Sequence record: PZ295659.1
Source: a phage
Strand: one strand, 5' to 3'
DNA: 64,000 nucleotides
This document shows positions 46,308 through 56,067 of this stretch, piece by piece. How positions within the stretch are numbered: the stretch's first letter is position 1; every line of letters begins with the position of its first letter. Position numbers and translations under genes: made by a program. The notes under the pieces were generated by a model that worked only from the letters and a program-made list of their open reading frames with translations, did no database searches and was not told where the DNA came from.

Positions 46308-47800
46308 TATAAACCTGTCTGGGACCACGGTCCAAATACGTCTTCAAATGAATCCGCTTCTGTTTTATCAAAACGGAACCCTTTAATAATTGGAAGGAAA
46401 ATACCTACAGTGCCTTCACGGCCTTTAGAATGAACCCAACCATTACATTCACAATCAGCGATACGTCCGATTAATTTACCTTCACGAGCTTCGGTCATTA
46501 ATCGTTCACGGTCTAAATCATGACGCTCGTCTAAAGGAATAAGAACCTTTACACCGTCAACTGTTTTATGAGTTGTATCTTTAAACCCTGAACCACAATC
46601 GGTTGTAATACGACGACAACGTGATACGAGTTCGACACCACCTAATTTGTTAGGGTCTTTAGAATGTTCATAGTATCCTACAACTTCTAAAGCGATATCA
46701 ATAACTTCTTTAAATTTAATTAGGTTCTTAGAGCGTTTGTTTTCCCAATATGAATCACGGTTTTTAAGGATAATACCTTCAAGACCTTGGTCAACATATT
46801 TTTTATAAACCACTTTAGCTTCGTCAAGATTACGAACTAACTGATTTTCAATTGGCTCAATTCGCTTAAAGCCTTCAGCCATATTTTCAAGAGCAGCAAA
46901 ACGAACATCGTATTTCTGACCTTTAATTTTGCCATCAGAATAGACTTCATCTAAAGGAATATAGTCCCAGGCTTGAAGAACCATACCTTCCGCTTCTTTA
47001 GGAGAAATAGTCCCTTGAAGAGATTTATTTGCTAAACCATTTGAAGTGCTACGGTCTGCAACCTGTACTTCTTCGGATTCTTCATTATCACCAAATAAGA
47101 ACGACAGGTCATTTCCTGAGCTCACAGCCTTTTTAATATCGAATGAATGATAAACTAATTCACCGTCGATTAAAACCCCATTAGGGTGTCTTTCACGAGC
47201 TTCTTTAGTCATTTCCATTAGTTCATCAGCTAATAGAGTAAGACCGTGGTATTCGTTACCAGCACGAGAAAAGAATTGAACACCATCATCGCGAACTTCA
47301 GCGAAACAACGAGCACCATCTGCTTTTAATTGGGCAAATGCGGGCCATTTAATATTTTTAGTAATCAATTTCTCATCATATGCAGATGCTAACATCTGTG
47401 GTTGCAATTGAATAAGTCCAGGCCACACCTTATTCGCGATAGACACTGAAGCACCTACTTCAAGGTCGCGCATCATTACACGACGAAGGACTTCTACATC
47501 ATCAGGTTTACCGTCAGCGATATAACCCATGAGCTCTTTAATTGCAGCATTACCAGTGAGTTTACGAGTGGCTAATGTGAACTCAATAAAATCCAACATG
47601 TCATCTAATTCAAGAAGTCCATATGCTTGAGACCTTTCACCCGGTCCAGGCCATTTCTTAATATAATACTGGATACCACGTGCATATGTTAAACGATACA
47701 CACGTTCAAGTAATTTGTTGTCCTTATTTTTCTTAAGGATTTCTTGTTTTGTTTTAGTAGAACCGATCGCAGCTATTTGGTTTAAAATATCTAAAATCAT
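46307..47800 (-). CDS. 30: ATP-dependent DNA ligase gp30
   Basis: 497 aa; KADGAR adenylation motif; clear alignment to T4 DNA ligase N-terminus. Confidence 0.96.
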   Translation of the reverse strand: MILDILNQIAAIGSTKTKQEILKKNKDNKLLERVYRLTYARGIQYYIKKWPGPGERSQAYGLLELDDMLDFIEFTLATRKLTGNAAIKELMGYIADGKPDDVEVLRRVMMRDLEVGASVSIANKVWPGLIQLQPQMLASAYDEKLITKNIKWPAFAQLKADGARCFAEVRDDGVQFFSRAGNEYHGLTLLADELMEMTKEARERHPNGVLIDGELVYHSFDIKKAVSSGNDLSFLFGDNEESEEVQVADRSTSNGLANKSLQGTISPKEAEGMVLQAWDYIPLDEVYSDGKIKGQKYDVRFAALENMAEGFKRIEPIENQLVRNLDEAKVVYKKYVDQGLEGIILKNRDSYWENKRSKNLIKFKEVIDIALEVVGYYEHSKDPNKLGGVELVSRCRRITTDCGSGFKDTTHKTVDGVKVLIPLDERHDLDRERLMTEAREGKLIGRIADCECNGWVHSKGREGTVGIFLPIIKGFRFDKTEADSFEDVFGPWSQTGL

Positions 47801-48066
47801 TTGATGTCCTCGATTTTGGTTACGGTTCTATTATAAGCCACTTCATCTAGAAGCGATTTCAGCGTTTTCTGATAAGTGGTAACCCATTTACCAAGTCCTT
47901 CAACATAATATTCTGAAATGTAGATGAACCCTTGTTCAACACACTCTTTAAATATTTCTGCGTCTTTTACTGAACGAAACATTGGCCAGTCTCGAAAGAA
48001 CATGTTAACGTGACCGTAGTCACGCGTTGTGTTTTTGCCATCTGTAATATCATGAACTACAAACAT
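47797..48066 (-). CDS. hypothetical protein (30.1 position)
   Basis: 89-aa ORF coupled to ligase. Confidence 0.6.
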   Translation of the reverse strand: MFVVHDITDGKNTTRDYGHVNMFFRDWPMFRSVKDAEIFKECVEQGFIYISEYYVEGLGKWVTTYQKTLKSLLDEVAYNRTVTKIEDIK

Positions 48067-48075
48067 AATTAACCC

Positions 48076-48891
48076 TTAACAATTTGTAGACCAAGTCCAT
48101 TTGGACGAATCTAAAGGAAAGTTTTGAATCGTCCACCACGGCTGCATATCGGTTGGTCCTGGGGTTCGCCAGGTACATGGATTCGACGGACCGCCAATTT
48201 GATTAGGCCATGCGCCTGGACTTGTTGTACCAGATTCTTTAAGCAAATCAGCCAATCGTTTTAAAAGGTCTTCACGATCTGAATCTGAATTATGCTCGGG
48301 TGGAACCAAACGAGATTCAATATCATCCCACGTGTGTACACGTTGTGCAGTACGAGGAATGGCATCACGTTCACCACGAGCCAACCAATAAATCGGTACA
48401 TTAAGAATTTCTGCTGCATGGTCACAGTGATGAGCTAAATCGTCAACGTAACAAATCACGTTATATTTTGTTTTAGCTAGTTCGAATAATTGTTCCTTTG
48501 AAGAATCATGACCACACATCATTACTTCAGAGAAAGCGCCTGGGAACAAAGCATTCAAATTAAATTGTCTATTCAATCGAGCATCAATTGAATCACCTAG
48601 CGCCGTCACGGCTACAAAATTATAGTCTTCTTTTATTTTATTGATAACTCGAAGAGCATCCGAATAAGGCGCTAAGTAACGAATAAAATCAGAGCTATTA
48701 TATTTTTCTATTAATTGTTTACCGAGGTTATCGTCGGTATTGAATAGTTTACCAGGAGAAATAAATTTTTCGTCCTGAATCATTTTTAAAATATGTTCTA
48801 ACGGAAGATTATATTTTTGGGCAAAATAAGGAAGTCCAGATTGCCAACTTAAACATACACCATCAATATCGGTCAAAATAGTAGGCTTCAT
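48076..48891 (-). CDS. HAD-superfamily phosphatase-like protein (30.2 position)
   Basis: 271 aa; N-terminal DIDGV (DxDG[TV]) motif; Trp/Pro-rich C-terminal tail. Confidence 0.65.
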   Translation of the reverse strand: MKPTILTDIDGVCLSWQSGLPYFAQKYNLPLEHILKMIQDEKFISPGKLFNTDDNLGKQLIEKYNSSDFIRYLAPYSDALRVINKIKEDYNFVAVTALGDSIDARLNRQFNLNALFPGAFSEVMMCGHDSSKEQLFELAKTKYNVICYVDDLAHHCDHAAEILNVPIYWLARGERDAIPRTAQRVHTWDDIESRLVPPEHNSDSDREDLLKRLADLLKESGTTSPGAWPNQIGGPSNPCTWRTPGPTDMQPWWTIQNFPLDSSKWTWSTNC

Positions 48892-49340
48892 AAAGAGTCT
48901 CTTAATAGGTTTAACACATCAATAAATTCAGCTTCGGTTAGTATTGTATCATCTTTTGTTAGGTGGCTGGCCATGCTGTGCTTCAAAACTTTTCCTTTCG
49001 AGGCTTGTAATGCATCACGAAAGCCCCTGTTTTGGATCGCTGCTTCAAAATATGCATTTGTGTATAATTCTTTCCACGCCGGAGAGTATCTTGAAAACGG
49101 AACTCCAAGCCAGAAGAGGGTCCCACGGTCCTGAGCTCTAGCATAAGCTCGTCCAGCTTGTTGGGCGGCAAGCCCGGATAACCCAAATATACGTTTTTGT
49201 TGTTCAACATTTTTCACCTTACATCCTTGGAGAAATCCTTCAAGTCCTCCGAATTGAATACCATCCATAACAAAAGGCCATTGAGCAAAGTTACTTAATG
49301 CACATGACGGCCATGGAAAATTGCTTCTGATTTCAATCAT
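48888..49340 (-). CDS. NADAR / YbiA-like (DUF1768-type) protein, putative ADP-ribose-processing hydrolase (30.3 position)
   Basis: 150 aa; LSNFAQWPF..DG...GLEGFLQGCK resembles the YbiA/NADAR core. Confidence 0.6.
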   Translation of the reverse strand: MIEIRSNFPWPSCALSNFAQWPFVMDGIQFGGLEGFLQGCKVKNVEQQKRIFGLSGLAAQQAGRAYARAQDRGTLFWLGVPFSRYSPAWKELYTNAYFEAAIQNRGFRDALQASKGKVLKHSMASHLTKDDTILTEAEFIDVLNLLRDSL

Positions 49341-49531
49341 AGTCTTTTAAGGCTTTTGATAATTTCTAATTCAGAACTCATGCGAACGTCTTCAGTTCCA
49401 TCGACCCATAGGACGGTGTAGGCTTCTTTAATTTGAGTATTACCTAATTTAAAAGCAGGTAGAACCTTGGAAATCATTCCAGGAATACCTATACCTTTTA
49501 ACTGGACTGTTTGTGATAAGAATAGTTGCAT
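49337..49531 (-). CDS. hypothetical protein (64 aa)
   Basis: coupled ORF. Confidence 0.5.
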   Translation of the reverse strand: MQLFLSQTVQLKGIGIPGMISKVLPAFKLGNTQIKEAYTVLWVDGTEDVRMSSELEIIKSLKRL

Positions 49532-49818
49532 TAGAACCTCATCTGAAAGCCGTGCGATTTAACATTACCACCATAGATGTCAGAGGTATTGACTTCACGG
49601 GCGACACTTGGGTCGATATTGATGTCACAGTTGAGCTTAGTGATTGCCAGGGTATCACGTTCATTAACAGTACGGAATTCTACCGGGCATACAACATCAG
49701 CATAAGCCTTAATAGATTCACGAGTAGGTTGTTTGTCGGCAGGAACATCTTTACCAGCTTTAGAGAAAACAACTTCACAGAAATTTTTACGAGTATCAAA
49801 ATAAGTGGTCATAAACAT
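49531..49818 (-). CDS. hypothetical protein (95 aa)
   Basis: ORF after UUCG hairpin; coupled to downstream ORF. Confidence 0.55.
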   Translation of the reverse strand: MFMTTYFDTRKNFCEVVFSKAGKDVPADKQPTRESIKAYADVVCPVEFRTVNERDTLAITKLNCDINIDPSVAREVNTSDIYGGNVKSHGFQMRF

Positions 49819-49833
49819 AATATTTTCCTAAAA

Positions 49834-49849
49834 GGAGGCCGAAGCCTCC
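49834..49849 (-). terminator. UUCG hairpin
   Basis: GGAGGC-UUCG-GCCUCC on minus transcript. Confidence 0.55.
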
Positions 49850-49859
49850 ATTTTTAAGA

Positions 49860-50225
49860 TTAGATATCAAATTCGTTAAGAACTACATCAAAGATTGCTT
49901 CGAGATGTTCAGGTTTAGCTCGGTTGCTCAGGATGTGACGAATCCAAGTTTTAACCAGAAGTTTACGATTAACACCGTTCCAGCAAGGATGAGTACCTAA
50001 ATCACGTTGACGGAAATCGTCATCTAATGCAATTTTGAAGTTGGAACCTTCCATCGTGATTGAAACCGTGATGCCATTTTCAAATCGCATATAAACGTAA
50101 TTAGGAGTCATATACTGCTCAATTTCGCATACTGAACCGTTATTATGCTTCCATAAGCAAATTGTATCGATAGAACCAGCAATACCGTTAGAAACATATT
50201 TACGTTCGAAGTTGATGTAGTTCAT
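49860..50225 (-). CDS. hypothetical early protein (121 aa)
   Basis: early promoter + GGAGAATAAAATGAAC start context. Confidence 0.6.
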   Translation of the reverse strand: MNYINFERKYVSNGIAGSIDTICLWKHNNGSVCEIEQYMTPNYVYMRFENGITVSITMEGSNFKIALDDDFRQRDLGTHPCWNGVNRKLLVKTWIRHILSNRAKPEHLEAIFDVVLNEFDI

Positions 50226-50266
50226 TTTATTCTCCAGATGTTTAAGTTGTTTGTTGGTACAGGTCT

Positions 50267-50295
50267 ATAATAACAAAACCTGTACCAAAGTAAAC
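50267..50295 (-). promoter_or_regulatory. early promoter with inverted repeat (PeSL-like)
   Basis: GTTTAC-N17-TATTAT; IR TTGGTACAGG / CCTGTACCAA brackets the -10. Confidence 0.6.
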
Positions 50296-50299
50296 ATTT

Positions 50300-50671
50300 T
50301 TATTTGATTTTTGTCCACTTAGCTGAATCAATAACACCTTTTGCTTTAATCTTCTCGATTAATGACTCTGCACGATTTCTGGCATTTTCATACCATACAA
50401 CATCTTCAGAGTAACCTGTTTCTTCATCTTCGTAAGTTTTAGAACGAATACAACCATAAACTGTAGAATTCAGACGGTAAATTTCACCAGTGAAAAAGTT
50501 TTCGATTTCGATATGATAACAAAAATCGTCTGAAGGGCCATCAGGAGTTGTACAATAAACTACATCACCTTGAATCGAACGAACCATCCACTGTAACTCG
50601 TTAACAACTTGAGATTTATATCCATCGTGGTCACGGCATTTAATTGTAGCATTTAAATTGATAGTGTTCAT
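50300..50671 (-). CDS. hypothetical early protein (123 aa)
   Basis: early promoter + identical GGAGAATAAAATGAAC start context. Confidence 0.6.
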   Translation of the reverse strand: MNTINLNATIKCRDHDGYKSQVVNELQWMVRSIQGDVVYCTTPDGPSDDFCYHIEIENFFTGEIYRLNSTVYGCIRSKTYEDEETGYSEDVVWYENARNRAESLIEKIKAKGVIDSAKWTKIK

Positions 50672-50713
50672 TTTATTCTCCGGTTGTTTTTATTGATTAG
50701 GTGGTACAAGTCT

Positions 50714-50742
50714 ATAGTAACACATCCTACAGGAGAGTAAAC
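50714..50742 (-). promoter_or_regulatory. early promoter (GTTTAC-N17-TACTAT)
   Basis: motif. Confidence 0.6.
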
Positions 50743-50779
50743 ATCTTTTTTAAACTTTTTCTGCCCTAAACGCACAAAA

Positions 50780-50797
50780 GGGAGACCGAAGTCTCCC
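50780..50797 (-). terminator. UUCG hairpin GGGAGAC-UUCG-GUCUCCC (third identical copy)
   Basis: stem-loop plus U-tract. Confidence 0.65.
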
Positions 50798-50802
50798 TAA
50801 AA

Positions 50803-50982
50803 TTATGCAACAACCTTTCCAAAACGAGAAGCATCATCTCGAAGAACTGCACGTGCTCTGCGCATGATCTTCTCAACGGTTTGATTAATACGAGAGTTCG
50901 ACCCACGCTTGTATCCAGCGCGTTTAGAGGTACCATCAACTTTCTTTTCTACTGCTTTCTTTGCTTTAGCTTGTTTTGCCAT
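50803..50982 (-). CDS. small highly basic protein (59 aa)
   Basis: ATG ORF below track cutoff: MAKQAKAKKAVEKKVDGTSKRAGYKRGSNSRINQTVEKIMRRARAVLRDDASRFGKVVA; ends at terminator hairpin. Confidence 0.5.
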   Translation of the reverse strand: MAKQAKAKKAVEKKVDGTSKRAGYKRGSNSRINQTVEKIMRRARAVLRDDASRFGKVVA

Positions 50983-51251
50983 TATAAATTCTCTTTAAAT
51001 GAAAATGCAGGACTTATTGACATTGCCTGCCCAAGCCCTCAAGGGGAACATAGGTTTTTGGATATTTAACGACAGGATAACCATAAACCCGTCATCATAC
51101 CGACCACGACTTAGACAGATAACCTTTTTCTGACGCGTGATAGTACAAAATACATTCAAGAGGTACACCGTAAAATTGTCGGGGCGGTACTTCTAAAACA
51201 TATCGATTCGCAAATCGATAATCAGACAATTCGACGGCTCCTCGATTTAAC

Positions 51252-51500
51252 TTACTTCAGGGTAATAACAAAATGACGAACTGCTTTACGTGCTGCAGAA
51301 GCCAGAGGCTTAGCATATTTCAATTCATCTTTCTGAACCAGGATATCGCGAAGATCGGCTTGTGCTGGATTCAGATGTTTGAAATACTGTAAGATTTCAA
51401 GAGCTTCGGCTTCAACATCAATAGATGCGCCGTAATTGTCATGGCCATTATTCCATGCATGGCGTTGCAGTTCAAGAGCGTGTTGTAATTGTTTAATCAT
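51252..51500 (-). CDS. rIII: RIII lysis-inhibition accessory protein
   Basis: 82 aa, same as T4 rIII; late promoter upstream. Confidence 0.88.
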   Translation of the reverse strand: MIKQLQHALELQRHAWNNGHDNYGASIDVEAEALEILQYFKHLNPAQADLRDILVQKDELKYAKPLASAARKAVRHFVITLK

Positions 51501-51616
51501 TTTAAATTCTCAATTCGAGATAATACTTAGTAGCCACGTTCTTCTGAATTTCACTTTCTTTCGACAAGTCTCTCAGTTGTAGGCTACCGCTTAGAAGAGT
51601 GTTCTCTTCATATAGT

Positions 51617-51624
51617 TATTTATA
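51617..51624 (-). promoter_or_regulatory. late promoter TATAAATA (rIII)
   Basis: minus-strand TATAAATAACTATAT. Confidence 0.6.
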
Positions 51625-51957
51625 TCACTTATAAAGACATGGAATAGCTTTATAGTGGCATGTTACGAATTTCTGTTTAATTTCTTTAGGTTGTTTAAGA
51701 CCTAAAGCCACAAATGGATGTGGAACATTTCGAATTTGTCCAACCGGTAGTGGAGTCAAATCACCGACTTCAACAAAACCTTCAGGAACATCAGGACCTA
51801 CAGAATGAACTACACATAGTTCAGGAACTTCACCTTGAACACGTTTACCAATCACAAGTCCTGATTCTGTAACTTCTTCATCACCCGCTTGAGCGGGTTC
51901 AGAAACCAGAATGACATATTCACCAACAGCACGAATTGGGAGTTGTACTTCAGACAT
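51625..51957 (-). CDS. 31: gp31 co-chaperonin (GroES analogue for capsid folding)
   Basis: 110 aa, essentially identical to remembered T4 gp31. Confidence 0.95.
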   Translation of the reverse strand: MSEVQLPIRAVGEYVILVSEPAQAGDEEVTESGLVIGKRVQGEVPELCVVHSVGPDVPEGFVEVGDLTPLPVGQIRNVPHPFVALGLKQPKEIKQKFVTCHYKAIPCLYK

Positions 51958-51987
51958 CTTATTTCCTTGTTGTTTGACGATAGATTA

Positions 51988-52012
51988 ATAATACCATACT
52001 ATTCGTAAAGCA
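51988..52012 (-). promoter_or_regulatory. middle promoter for gene 31: MotA box TGCTTTA + 12 nt + TATTAT
   Basis: motif and spacing. Confidence 0.6.
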
Positions 52013-52014
52013 TA

Positions 52015-52323
52015 TTACATAAGAAGCAAACTTTCCACCGGAGTACCATCAACCGAAATTACTTTATCAAGGCGGAAAGAACGCCACTGACCTAACTTGG
52101 TGTCGAATGCTCGAACTGATTCACGAGGTTCATAACGAACTTCTGTTGCTGGATTGTTATTTTCATATTTGACTTCAAGTTCATCGCGCGAAGCAAACAT
52201 AGTGCGTACCTCGCCGTTAGCCTTTTCAAATACAACACAATGAACGCCTACAGATAGAATAGTTTTAATACGTTCACGAAGAACCATAGTTTCTTGTTCA
52301 GTTAAAATCATATTATTCACCAC
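52015..52323 (-). CDS. hypothetical protein (102 aa; 31.1/31.2 position)
   Basis: ORF between cd and 31. Confidence 0.6.
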   Translation of the reverse strand: MVNNMILTEQETMVLRERIKTILSVGVHCVVFEKANGEVRTMFASRDELEVKYENNNPATEVRYEPRESVRAFDTKLGQWRSFRLDKVISVDGTPVESLLLM

Positions 52324-52894
52324 AAAAGTTTCGGATTTGTTCCCAATTCAGAGAACGAAGATTATTACGAGAGTACTGAATTACTTCAATACCGGCTTGT
52401 TTTAGAATGTCTGCCCAATTTTCAGGAGATCTGTCATATAATTCTGCGTATACAACCTTTTTAATACCTGACTGCGTAATAGCTTTAGTGCAATCAGGAC
52501 ATGGAGAAAGCGTCGTATATAACGTAGCACCTTCAATAGAATTACCTTTACGAGCTGCAAACAAAATTGCATTCAATTCTGCATGGATTTCATTATTAGC
52601 AGACCATGCACTATGAGCGGCCCGATGTTCTTTAGCCAAAACAAAATTATCTGCCCGTCCAAATGCTGTAGTGCCTTCTTTATGTCCAGCAACGATGACC
52701 GGGCTTGGTTTATTCTTCAACCAACCGTTTTCGGATGCATGTTCGCAACAGTTTGTACCACCTGAAGGAGAGCCATTATAACCTGTAGAAATAATGCGTC
52801 CATCTTTTTCAATGACTGCGCCAACTTTCCATGAACAACATTTTGATTCTTGAGAAATCAGATATGCAATCTGAAGGTATGTGCTAGCTTTCAT
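52313..52894 (-). CDS. cd: dCMP deaminase
   Basis: 193 aa; zinc motifs HAELNA and PCPDC. Confidence 0.93.
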   Translation of the reverse strand: MKASTYLQIAYLISQESKCCSWKVGAVIEKDGRIISTGYNGSPSGGTNCCEHASENGWLKNKPSPVIVAGHKEGTTAFGRADNFVLAKEHRAAHSAWSANNEIHAELNAILFAARKGNSIEGATLYTTLSPCPDCTKAITQSGIKKVVYAELYDRSPENWADILKQAGIEVIQYSRNNLRSLNWEQIRNFCGE

Positions 52895-53886
52895 TATTGA
52901 ACCTTATTAATATAAGTTAACAGCTCTTTAGTTTGTTCCCAACTGATGCACGCATCGGTAATGGAAACGCCATAGGACATATTATCAGAAATTTTTTGAT
53001 TTCCTTCATGTAGGAATGATTCTATCATAATTCCTTTGACCAAATCATTAGCTGCTAAATTTTTACCAATACCAATTTGATTGCTATAATGCCCATCAGC
53101 GTTTGCATGGCTACAGTCAACCATTACATAATGATTCAGACCTACTGCACTTGCTTTGTTAGAAGCTTCTTGAATATCAGAAGAATGATAGTTCGGGCCG
53201 TTGGTCCCGCCACGCAATACGATATGCGTATTCTGATTACCTTCAGCTTCAACAATGCCTATAGTACCATCGACGTCCATACCCATATACCGATGAGGCC
53301 AGGCGGCACTATACATCGCGTCTGTAGCTACTTTAATAGAACCATTGGTTGCGTTCTTGAAGCCTACGCACATCGGTAGACCTGAAGCAATTTCACGATG
53401 TGTCTGACTTTCAGTCGTACGGGCGCCAATAGCAACCCATGAGAAAATACCAGAAAGATACTTAATCGTGAATGGGTCTAATACTTCAGTTGCTAATGGA
53501 AGTCCCATACGTAGAAGTTTACGACACAATGTTCGTGCAACTATAAGACCGTGGTTCATATCAAAACTTCCGTCAAGATATGGATCATTTACAAGACCTT
53601 TCCAACCTACGGTAGTTCGAGGCTTTTCAAAATAAACGCGCATCACTAACAGAACATTAGGAAGACGAGTTTGAAGTTCAGCCAGACGTTTGCCGTATTC
53701 AACAGCAGCAATAGGGTCATGAATTGAACAAGGACCTACAACAATAAGTTTGCGTGGGTCTTCACCGTTCATAATCGAATTAACTTGTTCGCGATGAGAA
53801 GCCACTTGTGATGCGTAAGCTTCCGACAAAGGAATAATCTCAGCCAGTTCTTTTGGAGAAATAAGTTTTCTGACGATAGGTAACAT
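52894..53886 (-). CDS. 3-deoxy-D-arabino-heptulosonate-7-phosphate (DAHP) synthase, class I (AroG/AroF-like)
   Basis: 330 aa with near full-length similarity to bacterial AroG: VVGPCSIHDP, MRVYFEKPRTTVGWKGL, IGARTTESQTHRE, VGFKN, LRGG, SHAN, HEGNQ, SITDACI. Confidence 0.85.
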   Translation of the reverse strand: MLPIVRKLISPKELAEIIPLSEAYASQVASHREQVNSIMNGEDPRKLIVVGPCSIHDPIAAVEYGKRLAELQTRLPNVLLVMRVYFEKPRTTVGWKGLVNDPYLDGSFDMNHGLIVARTLCRKLLRMGLPLATEVLDPFTIKYLSGIFSWVAIGARTTESQTHREIASGLPMCVGFKNATNGSIKVATDAMYSAAWPHRYMGMDVDGTIGIVEAEGNQNTHIVLRGGTNGPNYHSSDIQEASNKASAVGLNHYVMVDCSHANADGHYSNQIGIGKNLAANDLVKGIMIESFLHEGNQKISDNMSYGVSITDACISWEQTKELLTYINKVQ

Positions 53887-54006
53887 AACAATCCTTAGGA
53901 GATATAAACAGATTCTGATTCAACAATACCTTTAACCGGATTAGACAGGCTAAGTTGGTAGTGCTCAGATTTATGACCATTCTCGATAGTAATGAGATAG
54001 CTCTAA

Positions 54007-54243
54007 TTATAGTGTTCCATATACTCGAGTTGCTTCAACAAGACCATCACTGCCTAATTTAAGATTAGTAATTTGGTCACCATCTTTAGGATTAACGATT
54101 ATGAGAAAAGAACGTGGAGATTCTTGAATAACTCGTAATGTTGCATCCTGGAAACGTTCAGACACTTTATTGATGAGTGCTTGAGCGAATTCTTTTACTT
54201 TAATCTGAAATTCGTGTACTGTAATTGGATTTTCACTTAGCAT
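54007..54243 (-). CDS. hypothetical protein (78 aa)
   Basis: ORF with early promoter upstream. Confidence 0.55.
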   Translation of the reverse strand: MLSENPITVHEFQIKVKEFAQALINKVSERFQDATLRVIQESPRSFLIIVNPKDGDQITNLKLGSDGLVEATRVYGTL

Positions 54244-54270
54244 TTCGATTTCCTCATTTTAGTAGAGTTA

Positions 54271-54300
54271 ATCATATCACAACTCTACTGTGTTGTAAAC
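54271..54300 (-). promoter_or_regulatory. early promoter with inverted repeat (AGTAGAGTT / AACTCTACT)
   Basis: GTTTAC ... TATGAT. Confidence 0.55.
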
Positions 54301-54576
54301 TTAAATTGCAAAACATTTAATTTCTTGTGAATCGAAATCAACTTCACATTGAATTACTAGATCAGCGTCAAGTCCAAACACAACAATCACATGAGCCGAG
54401 CTTGGCAACAGTGTAACAGACACAGAATCCACTTGGTCCGGGACCAGAGTATTCAAAACGTAAAGTAGTTCAGAGTGGACCTTAAGCTCAGTAGCCGTAT
54501 CCGGCTTATCAAAGAAATGATTTGCGATAATCTGACTAAAAACTACCTTTACAATTTCAGAATATTTAGGGAACAT
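54301..54576 (-). CDS. hypothetical protein (91 aa)
   Basis: ORF. Confidence 0.5.
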   Translation of the reverse strand: MFPKYSEIVKVVFSQIIANHFFDKPDTATELKVHSELLYVLNTLVPDQVDSVSVTLLPSSAHVIVVFGLDADLVIQCEVDFDSQEIKCFAI

Positions 54577-54583
54577 AATTACC

Positions 54584-54808
54584 TCAGTGTACAGTATTTA
54601 CTTTAACTCGAACAACAAATTGCTCGGTCGGTTCACCTACAGGAACAAACTCTACATGATATTCACCTTTGTAACGAGTATTCAGGTCGTTACGAATTTC
54701 GGTAAGCTTGTTGATTAATGTAGAACTCATATTAAGTCCCACTAGTTTACGAAGCATTTTGTATGCTTCATCTTCGATTTCATGATGTTTATCGTACATA
54801 GTTTTCAT
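54584..54808 (-). CDS. hypothetical protein (74 aa)
   Basis: ORF. Confidence 0.5.
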   Translation of the reverse strand: MKTMYDKHHEIEDEAYKMLRKLVGLNMSSTLINKLTEIRNDLNTRYKGEYHVEFVPVGEPTEQFVVRVKVNTVH

Positions 54809-54979
54809 TTAACCATTCAATTGCCTGGTCGACGTTATCAAATATACCGCCGTCCAAACGTTCTTCATGCTCATAGTCCAGCACATCAATACCGAACTGT
54901 CCATTTACTAAAGGCCAGGCTACAAACAAATATTCTTTATGCTGTTCGATGGCCTCAATCACTTCATATAATCGTTTCA

Positions 54980-54980
<1 letters not shown>
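54789..54980 (-). CDS. hypothetical protein (63 aa)
   Basis: ORF coupled to pseT. Confidence 0.5.

Positions 54981-56066
<1,086 letters not shown>

Positions 56067-56067
<1 letters not shown>

Noticed and set aside
50881-51069. 62-aa plus-strand ORF
   Set aside because: Antisense to the small basic ORF and its terminator; Cys/Phe-rich artefactual composition; no RBS.
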